Source of the DNA: an uncultured Planctomycetia bacterium | GTDB lineage: Bacteria > Planctomycetota > Planctomycetia > Pirellulales > Thermoguttaceae | Direction: 5' to 3' | Length of the DNA: 64,000 nucleotides | Assembly (NCBI GenBank): GCA_963719005.1 | Contig: CAVRAR010000014.1 | Span: 1,392,901 to 1,456,900 of the forward strand | The notes under the pieces: model-generated | The model's input: the letters and a program-made list of their open reading frames with translations, nothing else | Told to the model about the DNA's origin: nothing | Databases searched by the model: none | Part shown: positions 39,624 through 50,803 of the stretch, one piece after another | How the letters are laid out: the number at the start of each line of letters is the position of its first letter | How positions within the stretch are numbered: position 1 is the first letter of the stretch | Translations under genes and position numbers: made by a program

Positions 39624-39907
39624 AATGCCTTCGTACTTCGGTTTTTTGGGATGTACCGATTTCTGTGGCAATGGAACCGTCGCCGCGCCAAATTCCGGCA
39701 AAGGCAGTCCCCGTTTTTTCGTGACGGGCATGGCCGGCGATTGTAGCCGCGTCTGTTCCCCAGACGCAACCGCGATTTTCCTAGTTTTCCCCTTTTCGCG
39801 AACCCAGCGGGGCGATATGTTCACTTTCAGTCTTGCCGGCTGAAGCCGGAGCTACAAACACGATTGCTGGTTGTTTGGGAAAGTCTGGTCAATTGGAGGG
39901 TTCCGTG

Positions 39908-40456
39908 ATGTCTACCCGCGAACGCTGGATCGTATATCCGCTGCTTCTCTTGACTCTCGGAATCGTGCTCCGCGACAAGATTGTGCCCCAGGGGCATTTT
40001 CAGGCCAACGAAATCGCGGCGGGGCGGATTCACTGCGGCCAGTTGCAGGTCGACCAGCTTGTCGACGGGCTTGCCGTTCGCAACCTTCGCTGTGGCGAGG
40101 AGTTTGCGGCGGGAAGGATTCACTGCACTCAATTGCAGGTCGATCAGGTGATCGCCGCCGGCGGCCTGGCTGCTCGGGGCATTCGATGCGGGGAATTGGT
40201 GATTAGCGGGCAAAACGGTCGGCCGACGGTTGTTGTTGCTACCGACGTGAAGAAGGGAGGTGTAATCCAGACCTTTTCTCCGACGGGAGTCCCGCTTGTT
40301 CTTGTCCAGCCTACCGACGCGGGGGGCATAGTCGTGGCGTCAGCGTTCGTTAAGTCCACCATCACGCCACCCAGCACGCCAAAGACGCCGTCAACGCCCA
40401 AACCGAAGTCGCCGTCGAAGGAGCCCGAAAGACCGCCTGCCAAGGCGGGCAAGTGA
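39908..40456 (+). CDS. membrane-anchored hypothetical protein with internal AAGRIHC(G/T)QLQVDQ repeats and a Pro/Thr/Lys-rich tail
   Basis: TM start MSTRERWIVYPLLLLTLGIVL. Three repeats of ..A(A)GRIHCxQLQVDQ(L/V)... Confidence 0.4.
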   Translation: MSTRERWIVYPLLLLTLGIVLRDKIVPQGHFQANEIAAGRIHCGQLQVDQLVDGLAVRNLRCGEEFAAGRIHCTQLQVDQVIAAGGLAARGIRCGELVISGQNGRPTVVVATDVKKGGVIQTFSPTGVPLVLVQPTDAGGIVVASAFVKSTITPPSTPKTPSTPKPKSPSKEPERPPAKAGK

Positions 40457-40496
40457 ATCGAGAGTGCGGCGGCAGGCTTCTGCCAACAAGGGGGGA

Positions 40497-40595
40497 TTTC
40501 TGATTGATGATTGATGATTTATGATTGTCGATTGAACATCGGCCCAACCCTTGTGGCAATCAACAATCAGCAATTAGCAATCAACGATTATCGAT
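40497..40595. repeat. AT-rich imperfect palindrome (TGATTGATGATTGATGATT..CAATCAACAATCAGCAATTAGCAATCAACGA), family E variant
   Basis: Intergenic. Loose inverted symmetry. Similar composition to 13195 and 59078. Confidence 0.5.
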
Positions 40596-41442
40596 GTCCA
40601 GTTCCGCCGTACAACCGCTGCTGGCCTTGCTGGCCTGTCCCGTGGGGGGAAACCCGACGCAGTACATGATCGAGAAGGCCGTCGCCCATCACGACCTCGA
40701 TTGGCGATACCTGACCTTCGAGGTCGGGCCCGACGATCTTGGCGATGCGGTGCGCGGCTTGCGGGCGCTGGGGTTTCGCGGCGCCCATTGTGCCCCGCCG
40801 CACCGGCAGGCCGTCATTGCCTTGCTCGATCGCACGACCGACACGGCCGCGATGATCGGCGCGGTCAATCTCATCTCTCGCGAAGAGAACGCGCTGGTCG
40901 GCGAAAATACCGAAGGCAAGGGCGCGGTCGAAGCCATCCGCACGGCGCTCGATCCGGCTGGAAAGACCGTGGTAGTGCTGGGCGCCGGCCAGATCGCCCG
41001 GGCCGTGGCCGTCGAATTGGCCGCGGCAGGCGCTGCCGGGCTGACCATCGTCAATCGCACGGACAGCCACGCCGCCGAGTTGGTTGCAACGCTATCGGGC
41101 AAGTTTGCCGCGACGGTTTCGTCGGTTTCCTGGTTGGACGATTATCACGTGCCGCCGGAGGCCGAATTGCTCGTCAACGCCACGAGCATCGAACACGGCG
41201 ACAGCGACGCCCTGCTGGCGATTGTCACCGATACGCTGCGGCCGGAGTTGTTCGTGGCCGACGTGACCGCCAACTCCCCCGAAACCTGGCTGCTGGGCGA
41301 AGCCCGGCGCCGCGGCTGCAAGACCATCGACGGGTTGACCATGTTCATCGAGCAGGTGGCCATCGGCTTGCGGCTTTGGACCGGCATCGATCCCAATCGC
41401 CAGGTATTGCGCGAGGCGGCGGAAGAGTTTCTTGGATTGTAG
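40594..41442 (+). CDS. aroE: shikimate dehydrogenase
   Basis: ..NTEGKG.. (NTDGxG), ..VVVLGAGQIARAVAVEL.. Rossmann. 282 aa from MSSSAVQPLL. Confidence 0.8.
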   Translation: MSSSAVQPLLALLACPVGGNPTQYMIEKAVAHHDLDWRYLTFEVGPDDLGDAVRGLRALGFRGAHCAPPHRQAVIALLDRTTDTAAMIGAVNLISREENALVGENTEGKGAVEAIRTALDPAGKTVVVLGAGQIARAVAVELAAAGAAGLTIVNRTDSHAAELVATLSGKFAATVSSVSWLDDYHVPPEAELLVNATSIEHGDSDALLAIVTDTLRPELFVADVTANSPETWLLGEARRRGCKTIDGLTMFIEQVAIGLRLWTGIDPNRQVLREAAEEFLGL

Positions 41443-41451
41443 AGAACAAGT

Positions 41452-41509
41452 GCCGGTGGGCAGACATTCTTGTCTGTCACGTCTGTGGCAGGCAGGAATG
41501 TCCGCCCCA
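41452..41509. repeat. palindromic element family D (GGGCAGACATTCTTGTCTG..GGCAGGAATGTCCGCCCC), intergenic between aroE and bioD
   Basis: Hairpin seen directly. Confidence 0.7.
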
Positions 41510-41536
41510 CCGACGTTGATTCCAATGGTTGGCCCT

Positions 41537-42230
41537 ATGCCACGTCGAACTCCCGGACTGTTCATCACCGGCACCGATACGGGGGTGGGCAAGACCTACG
41601 TGGCGGCGATTATCGCGCGACGGCTCGCCGCCGACGGCCGCAAGGTCGGCGTCTATAAACCGGCGGCCAGCGGTTGCTCGCGCGTGGACGGCGTGCTCGT
41701 GTCGGACGACGCCGTGGCGCTTTGGAACGCCGCCGGCCAACCGGGCCAGTTCGATCGCGTTTGCCCGCAGTGTTTCGAAGCCCCGCTGGCGCCCCATTTG
41801 GCGGCCCTGGCCGAGGGACGCCGGCTCGATGCCGGCCTTCTCCGTCAGGGCCTCGAATACTGGCGGCAGCGGTCGGAGATCATCCTGGTCGAAGGCGCCG
41901 GCGGATTGATGTCGCCGCATGGGAGAAGACGAGTATGTCGCCGATCTGGCCGAGGAGTTCGGATTTCCGCTTGTAGTGGTTGCACGCAATGTGCTGGGGA
42001 CGATCAACCAGACGCTGCAAACGCTGATCACCGCCTGCGTGTTCCGCGAAGGACTGGCGATTGCCGGCGTCGTCTTGAACCATCCGGCGACACCCCGGGC
42101 GGATGACGCCAGCCTCTCGCAAAACCGTGGGGAGTTGGCTGCCCGATGCGTGCCTCCGATCCTTGCCGAGGTAGCTTGGGCCGCCGATGAGACCGACGTG
42201 AGCGTGGACTGGCTCTCCTTGGCACGGTGA
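41537..42230 (+). CDS. bioD: dethiobiotin synthetase, one frameshift
   Basis: ..LFITGTDTGVGKTYVAA.. P-loop. C-terminal part (..VVVARNVLGTINQTLQTL..) continues in another frame from about 41900. Confidence 0.8.
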
Positions 42231-42637
42231 GGCCCCTGCAAGCCGCACATAGTTAAAGGCTGGGGAAAGTGGCTCGAATGAGGGGCTTCGGACTCGTCCC
42301 ATGCGTGGCTCCAGACTTGCAACCGCCCTGTTTTCCATTAAAATGGATGTAACTGAGGCGTTCTGTTTCTGGGAGATCGATGCCGGGTGCCTGCCGTGGC
42401 GACGTTCGCACGGGCATTGGGAGTATAATAATTGCCTAGTTGGCAAGGGTCTCCGCTGAGAGACGCCCGGGGGCGCGTGGCGGTTGTGCAGACAGTCGGA
42501 GCGTCTGACCTTATCGTATTCACGGCGCGGCCCGAGGATTGGTTTGACTTTTGGAGTTTCCGTCGATTGAGGCCCATTTCCCTCCAGCAAGAAGCATCGA
42601 GTGTGTCCGAGCGCACAGGGACCGACGGAGGGAAGCT

Positions 42638-43150
42638 ATGCAGTGGTTGATGAGGATTGTCTGCATCGCTATGCAGTGGTTGATGAGAATTGTTTGCATC
42701 GGTTATGTCATCTTTCTGACCATGTTGTTGCTGGCCAATCATCCGGAGTGGTTGATCGGCATAAAGGGAGAATGGCCGTGGTTATTGCAGATGCTGCATC
42801 CCGCGGCGCATATCGTCAGTTTTTTTGTGCTGGCCGTCTTAGCGTTGACGACTCGCTGGCCTTTGCCGCGATGGAGCATCGTGCCCATCCTGGCGATCTA
42901 CGGCGGATTGACGGAGATCGGCCAGCACTTTACGGTTACGAGAACGCCGAGATGGACGGATTGGCTTCGGGATTTGGCCGGCATTGCGTTGGGAACGGCG
43001 TGTTGTTGGGGCGTCGCGATGCTCGCCGGCGCGCTGGTCGCAGCGAGACGAGGTCCGCAGCCCCCGCCGTCGGCGTCGTCCGATGGATGGGCCGTCACGC
43101 GGAGACTGCTTCAGCGTTCCTGCCCGAGCGGGCGGTCGTGGTGGAGCTGA
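42638..43150 (+). CDS. VanZ-family membrane protein
   Basis: ..HIVSFFVLAVLA..ILAIYGGLTEIGQHF..WTDWLRDLAGIALG.. VanZ-like. The 5' end carries a tandem duplication (MQWLMRIVCIA / MQWLMRIVCIG). Confidence 0.55.
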   Translation: MQWLMRIVCIAMQWLMRIVCIGYVIFLTMLLLANHPEWLIGIKGEWPWLLQMLHPAAHIVSFFVLAVLALTTRWPLPRWSIVPILAIYGGLTEIGQHFTVTRTPRWTDWLRDLAGIALGTACCWGVAMLAGALVAARRGPQPPPSASSDGWAVTRRLLQRSCPSGRSWWS

Positions 43151-43205
43151 CCGCCGCCGTGGATGAGACTTGTTTTTGAGTTCAAACCGTAGTGAGACGC
43201 TTTCC

Positions 43206-46200
43206 ATGAGAGTATTCAACGTTCGGCTGGCCGCCATCCTGCTCGGGATTGCGGTGGTTCTTGTCATCGGGGTTTACGTGCTGCACTCGTTCATGGTTCG
43301 CAGGAACGCCTCGTTTTTTCTGGTCGAGTCGAAGAAGGCGGAGCAACGCGCCGAAGAAGCCGCCAAGGACGGGGACACCGCGCTCGAGGCACGATCGAGG
43401 AACGAGGCCATCAAGTACCTGAATTGGTACGTGGGACTGATGTCCAGAGACTACAAGGCGATGGAACATCTCGGAATCTTGCTGGCCGACAAGGTGCAGA
43501 GCAGCGAAGTGATGGAACGCCGGAGTTTCTTTTTGGCGTATGACACGCTGGAGAAGACTGTGCGGCTGGACCCGGAGCGAACGGCCGCCCGACGCCGGCT
43601 GGTGACGTTGGCGATGCTGCCTCAAGTCGGTCGCTATCAAGACGCGAAGGATCACCTCGAGAGATTTCTGCTGCCCGACTCCCCTAAGGATCCCGACCTG
43701 CTCGAACAGCTCGCGGATTGCCAGGCGGGGTTGCGCCAATTCGACAGCGCTCAGAAGTCGTACAAGAAGGCGATCGAGAATGCGATCGCCAGCAAGCGCA
43801 CCCAAGCCACGGCCTATTCGAAGCTGGCCGGACTGCTGCGACACCGACTCTCGAACCCCAAAGAAGCCGACCAATGGATGGCGAAACTGGTAAAGGTCAA
43901 TCCGAAGTCCTATAAGGCCCACTATCTCCGCGCCGCTTACCTGGCCAGTCGCCAGGTGCATCTGGCTGACGAGGCGCTGCAAGAGGCCTGCAAGGCGAGG
44001 GAGCTGGCCCCGGACGACGTGGATGTCCTGTTGCTGGTGGCGGAGTGCAATGCGGCAAAGGGGAAGTACGACAACGCCCGCGATTGCCTCGTCCACGGCA
44101 TCAAGGTGCATCCGTCGAGCATCCTCATGTATAGGGCGATGTCCGAAGTTGAGTCGAGAGCCGGGAATCGCGACAAGGCCGTGGCGGCGTTGCAGAAAGG
44201 CATCAAGGCCACGGATCGAAATCCTACTCTCTTGTGGGAGTTGGCCGGCCTGTTGATCGACACCAATAAACTGGACCAGGCGCGGCGGATCCTCGACGAA
44301 TTGCGGAAGAGGTCGTTTCCCAAGCCAATGATCGACTACGGGGATGCGCGGATCGAGTTCGTTCAAGGGCACTGGAAGCCCGCGCTTGACCGTCTGAATG
44401 GAGTGCGCCCCGTGATCATGGACCCGCGGGATCCGCGGTATCCGCAGTACGTCATGCAGATCGACTATTACCTGGCGGTCTGTTATCGCCAATTGGGGAA
44501 CCGCGAGCAGGAAGAGCAGGCCCTCCGCCGGGTTTTGGACGTCAATCCCTCCTTCGTCCCCGCCAAGAAGATGCTGGCCGAGATAGCCAGGCGGAAGGGC
44601 GACTATGGCGACACGCTGAAGGAGTTGTCGGATCTCGAGCGAGACGGCAAGCTCGATCCGGCCGGCAAGATCCAACTGGTGCAATTGCTTTTCCTCAACA
44701 TCGTCCAACAAAAATCCGGTCAGCGGAACTGGAGTCCGCTAGAGAAGCTTCTTGACAGAGTGGAGAAATCCCTACCGGATTCACCCGACATTCCAGCGGT
44801 GCGGGCCAACGTGCTGACCGCGCAGGGCGCAGCGCCGACGCCGAGAAGCTCCTGTTGAAAGCCCGCGACAAGTACCCGAAGGAAACCGCTCCGTGGAAAG
44901 GCCTCGTCATCCTGGCCCTACGCGACAAGGACTGGGAGAAGGTGGAAAGACTCTTGACGGAAGCGCGGAAGGCGCTGGGCGACACCGTGGAACTGCGGCT
45001 GCTTGAATCGCAGTACGTCCTGCTTCGCGGCAGCAGAGACGCCGCCCAGCGTCTGCAAAAACTGGCCGAGAACGCGGAGCAGTTTCCCGATAGAGAATGT
45101 CTGCAACTCTGGTCCGGCCTGCTCGGCGCCGCCCTTCAGGTCGGCGACAAGGCGTTGGCCAACTCGCTGGCTCAGAAGATCGCCGAGAAGCAGCCCAACA
45201 ACGTTCAGATTCGGTATCTCCGCTTCGAGCAGGCGGTCGCCGCGGAAGATATAGCCGCCACGGAAAGCGCGCTGAAAGAAATCGAGGCCGTCGCCGGCCA
45301 AGACTCTTACTGGCTTTACGGCCAGGCGGTTTTATTGTATCTGCAAGCCAGACACAGCAAGGATGGCGGGCCGCTGTTGGAGAAGGCTCTCGGCTACCTG
45401 AAAAGGGCTCACGAGGCGCAAAGATTGGTCGCGCGTTCCGCTGGCCGAAGCGGGGATCTACGACGAACAGCACAAGGTGGACTTGGCCCTGCAATCGTAT
45501 CTGGAAGCTATTGAATTGGGAGACCGCACCGTAACCGGCATCCAGCGAGCAATCCAGATTCTCTTCCAATCGCAACGCTACGCGGACGCCCGTCGGTTGC
45601 TCGAACGCCTCGAAACTGAGCAGGGAGCGCTTCCCACCAGGCTGATGCAAGCCCTTGCCGAGTGCGACATGCATTTGGGGAACACGGCGCGCGCCATCGA
45701 AGAAACCCGACGAGCCGTGCCCAGCGACTCCAAGAACGGTAGGGATCAAGTCTGGCTGGGGCAAATGCTCGGCGTCGTCGGCCGGCGGGCTAAAGACGCA
45801 AGGACAGTCCGCCGAGGCCGGGGAACTGCTCGGCCAGGCGGAAAAAGCGCTCCGCCGGGCGGTGGAACTCGAACCGAAGCTCTCTGTAGTCTGGAAGGCG
45901 CTCGTGCAGTTCTTCGCTCTATCGGATGAGCAGGACAGGGCTGAAGCGACGATTCAAGAGGTCAAAGCAAACCTCCCCGACAAGGATCTGCCCTCGACGC
46001 TGGCTTATTGCTACGAGATCGTGAAGAATATTGATGCCGCGCAAGAGCAGTATGAAGTCATGTTGAAGGCAGCGCCGCAGGATATCGCCACGGTGCGGCT
46101 TGTCGTCGATTTCTACACTCGCAGCGGCAGGTCGCAGTCGGCGGAAGCCTTGCTGCAGGGCATCCTCGACGGCAAGACGCAGGCCAGCGACGTGGACGTG

Positions 46201-47550
46201 GCTTGGGCCCGACGGGAGCTCGCCAGGAGTCTTGGCGTCGGCGGCAAGTACCCCGACCTTCAGAAAGCCGTGAACCTGGTCGAACAGAACTTGTCCGGCC
46301 CGCTGGCTTCGGTTGCCGATCGCGAACTGCTCGCCAAACTGACGGCGGCCGATCCCAGACGGGGCGCGCGCGACAAAGCGATAGAATTGTTGGAGAGTCT
46401 GGGTGCGTCTGCGTCGCCGGACGACCGCTTCCTTCTGGCCAGATTGTACCTGAGCGCGGGTAACTGGATAGGAGCCAGCGACGTGCTTCGAGGTCTTGTC
46501 GCTTCCAACAGCAGAGAATCGCGGTACCTGGAGTTTTACATCGATGTTTTGTTGAAGCACAATGAGATGTCCAGTGCAAAAACATATCTCGATCTCCTGG
46601 AGAAGCTTGCCCCCAACTCGTTCGGCACGATCAGCCGGAAGGCCGACCTGCTTTGCGCCACGAACCAACGGCCGCAAGCGTTCGAGGCATTGAAGAACTT
46701 CGTCGATAACGTCGATGCAGAGCCTCGCGACCGCGGTTTGCGCCTCCGCATGGTGGGCGAGAAGCTGTCCGATCTCGCCGCGCAATCGACGAAGCCGGAA
46801 CAAGCATCCTTCGCTGCGCAGGCCGTCGATCTCGCCGAATCACTGTTCCGAACCTTCGTCAAGGAGAATCCCGGCCGGGAACTGGTGCTGGCGGTGTTCC
46901 TGGGACAACACGGCAAGATGGACGAAGCCCTCGGCATCCTCGATGAAAGCCTGCAAGTCTGCACCATCGAGGAGTTCGCCCAGGCATGTTCGCTCCTGCT
47001 CGAAAAGAGCAAGGCCACCCCGGATCAACTGCAACGCATGGACAAGATCATGAAGGCGGCGGAAGCGAAATTCGAGCGAGTGCCTCGCCTGCTGTCGGTC
47101 ATGGCGGACATGCGCAATCGCCAGACTCTCTTTTCCGACGCCGTCGACATCTACCGCGAGATCCTTCAGAAGACTCCCGACGACGCTTTTGCCATGAACA
47201 ATCTTGCGGTGCTGCAGGCGCTGCAAGGGATCAAACTGGACGAGTCTCTGAAGCTCGTCAATCGCGCCGTGGATCTCGTGGGACCCCTCGGGGCAATACT
47301 CGATTCGCGCGCGACCGTCTACATTGCCATGAAGAATCCCGAGAGGGCCATCGAGGACATGAACGCCGCGATCGCCGACAAGGAGGGACCCGAGCGGCTC
47401 TTCCACCGAGCGCAGGCTTACGCATTGGCGGGAGACATCGCCAACGCCAAGAAGGACTGGGACGCAGCCCTGAAAGCGGGACTCAGCAAGGATTCGCTCC
47501 AACCGCTGGAAGTGCCCGCCTTTGAAAGACTGCGGCAATCCCTGCGATAG
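43206..47550 (+). CDS. large TPR-repeat protein with N-terminal TM anchor, about 1450 aa, 3-4 frameshifts
   Basis: MRVFNVRLAAILLGIAVVLVIGVYVL then dozens of TPR-like units through to ..LEVPAFERLRQSLR. Frame changes near 44850, 45480 and 45700. Confidence 0.6.
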
Positions 47551-47553
47551 ACT

Positions 47554-48826
47554 TCAATAGAATCGACCGTTGGTCCTGGCCAGCCTTTCCAGCATCGGGG
47601 TGGGGCCGCTTCGCTCTGCGATCGTGCGACGCGGGGAGAACATGTCCAGGATGCGCCGCGGTCCCAAGGCATCCGCCCACCAGAGCAGCCCCCCCTTATC
47701 GGCCGGAAACCCCAGGCCGAATAGCACGGCCAGATCGACGTCGCGAACGTCGCCGACCTTGCCTTCCTCCAGGATGCGCGTCGCTTCCAACAGCATCGGC
47801 AGAACGAGTCGGTAAGCGATCGGCTCGGCGGACGGCTTGGCTGGAGCGTCGATCCAGCGGGCGATGATTTCAGCGACGCTCTTATCGGGACCATCGGCGG
47901 CGGCAGGGTGCGGCGGCTTGCCGTACAGATAGAACCCCGCCCCCGCTTTTTTCCCCAGGCGGCCGGCCTTCACCATCGACACGAGCAACGGCGAAGAAGA
48001 CGATCCGCTCGGGAAATGCAGCAGCCAGCACCCATCCGGCCTGCAACGCGGTGTCCAGCCCGATTTCATCCATCAGCCGCAGCGGTCCGATAGCCATGCC
48101 GAATTCGGTGGCCGCCCGCTCGATCGCGTCGGCCGGCACGCCTTCCCGCAACAATTCCAATGCCTCGCCGAGATAGGGAAACAGAAGTCGATTCACGAGA
48201 AACCCCGGCCCGTCGCGCACCACGATCGGCATTCTGCCGATGCGTCTCACGTGAGCCGCCGCAGCAGCGATCGTTTGCTCGCTGCTGCGCGGGCCGCGCA
48301 CGATCTCCACCAGCCGGCGGCGGCGCACGGGGTGAAAAAAGTGCATTCCGCAGAATCGCGATGCGTCTGCGACGCTGTCGGCCAACTGCTGGATCGGAAT
48401 CGTCGAGGTGTTCGAGGCGACGATCGCATGGGGCGTTACATGCCGCTGCAATTCCGAATATAACCGCAGTTTCGCCGGCAGCGCCTCGATGATCGTTTCC
48501 AACACGAGGTCGCAGCGGGCGGCCTCCGCCGCGTCGGAGGTCGTGCGGACCAATGCGGTGACGAGTTGTGGCTCCGAGCGAATGGCCGCCGGCAGATCGG
48601 CGCTGATCGACGCCGCGGCGCCGGCCAGGGCCGCTCGATTGACGTCGCTTATGACCACCGGCACCTGATGTTCGACGTGGGCCGCCGCAATCGATATTCC
48701 CATCATGCCGGCGCCGATGATTCCCACGTTCCCGATCGGCGGCGAAGCGGCCGACGCCGAATCCCCGCCGTGGTCCCCTCGGCTCCACTCCTCCAACCGG
48801 CGAACGTTCTCCAAGGCAGGCGTCAT
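47554..48826 (-). CDS. 3-hydroxyacyl-CoA dehydrogenase family protein, frameshifted
   Basis: ..VGIIGAGMMGISIA.. NAD-binding motif, ..NTSTIPI.., ..FFHPVRRR.. (FFNPV-like), C-terminal 3HCDH_C ..GRLGKKAGAGFY... Shift near 47900-48070. Confidence 0.8.
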
Positions 48827-48837
48827 GTGTCGGTATG

Positions 48838-49896
48838 CTAGATGCCTCCGCCGCGAGGGCCAAGTTTATTGTAATCGCGCCCCTGAGCCTCCGCGTCGAG
48901 CACCGCGGTGCCGCCCTGCGAACCTACGCCAAACAGCCGCTCGATCGGACTGGCGAACTTTGATATAAAGGCATTGATGCCGACCGCTCTGTCGTCGCCG
49001 ATGTAGACGCGGTCGCCCGGCAAGAGTTGGTAGTTCGTATCGGTTATGCCGGCATGCGCGATTTCGTCCCAATTGACCGGCAGGATTTGATCCCGGCGGC
49101 AATCTGCTGGCACCGGACGCGCCACCCATATCGTCTTGCTCGTCATGCGTCTGACTTGCCCCAACTGCGCAATCGCGTCCAAGACCGTCTCATTCCCGGT
49201 AATCGGAAACCGCAGCATTATCCCATCCCCAGTCGACGATTCATCAATAACAAAGTAACTCTTGCTGTTGAATTGCACCACCTCGACTCCCGCGCGGGGC
49301 GAGTCGAAGTATTGATTGAGCCGCGCCTCTACCGCCTCCCTCGCTTCGGTCACTGTCTTGCCGGCCAGGTATAGCATGCCGCAACTGCGAAGGTTCACTG
49401 TCCCGTCCGCTTGCACCGGGTAAAGGCCGGTAATTTGTTCCACGGTCGCGGATCGCGTCAACTGGACGGATACGACGGGCCGTCTCAAGGTCATTTTCAA
49501 GATCCGCGTGAGTTCCGCTTCGACCTCCTCGATTGTCAACCCCTCCACCCGAACCTTCCCGTACGATGCTCCCAGAATCACGGTTCCGTCGGCCTCCACT
49601 GGGTACTGCTTGTCAATTGGTTGGCTCTTGAGAGTCCCCAACACCCGGATCAGCAACACGTCGGCTGGCTCGATGCGGTGGGAAGCCCGAGGCACCAGTT
49701 TCACCGCCTCGATGCGAATCACGTCGGGCGGTGAAATGCGATAGACCGGCAGCGATACCATCGAGAGCTCCCGGGGCGGCTCCATTTCCGCTGGAATCGG
49801 GCTCTGCAACGACGGCGTGTAGAAGTCGATCGCGTGGCAACCCGCAACCGTTGCCAGCACGCCTACCGCCAGCACCGCCAGGAAGTGCTTTGTCAT
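48838..49896 (-). CDS. polysaccharide export outer-membrane lipoprotein (Wza/SLBB-like)
   Basis: MTKHFLAVLAVGVLATVAGC lipobox. Poly_export-like ..PPDVIRIEAV..YRISPGDVL.. and SLBB repeats. Confidence 0.6.
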   Translation of the reverse strand: MTKHFLAVLAVGVLATVAGCHAIDFYTPSLQSPIPAEMEPPRELSMVSLPVYRISPPDVIRIEAVKLVPRASHRIEPADVLLIRVLGTLKSQPIDKQYPVEADGTVILGASYGKVRVEGLTIEEVEAELTRILKMTLRRPVVSVQLTRSATVEQITGLYPVQADGTVNLRSCGMLYLAGKTVTEAREAVEARLNQYFDSPRAGVEVVQFNSKSYFVIDESSTGDGIMLRFPITGNETVLDAIAQLGQVRRMTSKTIWVARPVPADCRRDQILPVNWDEIAHAGITDTNYQLLPGDRVYIGDDRAVGINAFISKFASPIERLFGVGSQGGTAVLDAEAQGRDYNKLGPRGGGI

Positions 49897-50140
49897 TGAC
49901 CGACTGAAAAGATAGGCAGTCCAGGAAGATCGCGCAATGCCGTGCAGATTTTGCCAAATCGGCATCGTCGGAATAATCGGCAAACCCAGCCAGAAACTTG
50001 CATCTTTCCCAGAATGAGCCCCATCGCCCTGCCCTGGATTATTCACAAACGTCATCCTGAGCGGAGTGAAGAATCTCCGATACCTCCGAGCCAGCCCAGA
50101 TTCTTCGGCACGCGAGGAAGACGCCGGGTAGAATCGCCAG

Positions 50141-50590
50141 CTACGGCAGGTGCCCCAGGTCATCCAAATCCTTGGGCCGGCCCACAGCTTGCTTGTTGGT
50201 TTTCAGATCCGCTAGGGAAATGACGCTCACTTCCACGGCGTCCAACAGCGTCACTGTACGATTCTTGAAGCTCCGGACGAAGTCGATTCCCTCGACGCTT
50301 GTGATGATGTCGATTTGCAGCGGCGGCACTCCAATCCGCAACACCTTGTTACTGGCCATAAACGTTGCCGCCGATAGCGAGTCGGAGCTGAAACCAAACT
50401 TCCGAAGCGCGCGCACCAGCGCCGCGGCGTTGGCGGGAGTTGCGGCAATCCAGACATCCATGTCGCCGGTGGCGCGTGGGTAGCCGTAATGTCCCACGGC
50501 ATACCCGCCCACCAACAAATACTCAACTCCCTCCGAGTTCAACAACCGTAAGAACTCTTTGAAGTCGTTCGGCAGATGGATCGTAGCCAT
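50141..50590 (-). CDS. minimal nucleotidyltransferase-fold protein (MNT/DUF6036-like), putative toxin, paralog of 34097-34675
   Basis: ..LLVGGYAVGHYGYPRATGDMDVWI.. GG..(n)..DxD motif. Confidence 0.45.
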   Translation of the reverse strand: MATIHLPNDFKEFLRLLNSEGVEYLLVGGYAVGHYGYPRATGDMDVWIAATPANAAALVRALRKFGFSSDSLSAATFMASNKVLRIGVPPLQIDIITSVEGIDFVRSFKNRTVTLLDAVEVSVISLADLKTNKQAVGRPKDLDDLGHLP

Positions 50591-50741
50591 AGTGGATTTG
50601 CCGCATGAGTTCGAGGGCTGCCAGGCGTTCCTCCGGCGTTTTCGACCACCAACAAGTGCGATCCTCTTCGGCGGCCTCGGCGAATGTCATCACCGAGAAG
50701 GCCGTCTTGTCCATTCTTGTGGATCGCACGAGATCAGTCAT
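50523..50741 (-). CDS. small partner protein (antitoxin-like), paralog of 33826-34107
   Basis: 72 aa from MTDLVRS... Overlaps the NTase gene start. ..TPEERLAALELMRQ.. resembles the other small partner. Confidence 0.35.
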   Translation of the reverse strand: MTDLVRSTRMDKTAFSVMTFAEAAEEDRTCWWSKTPEERLAALELMRQIHYGYDPSAERLQRVLTVVELGGS

Positions 50742-50803
50742 GGTGTTCCTCAGAGTACCGACAACCGGCAGCGAAGTCAAGATAGTTCAACGCCGTGCGT
50801 TCC

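Noticed and set aside
42230-42637. Possible small RNA in the 400-nt intergenic gap between bioD and the VanZ-family gene
   Set aside because: Some short stems are visible but there is no convincing conserved structure or terminator. Not enough evidence to call.
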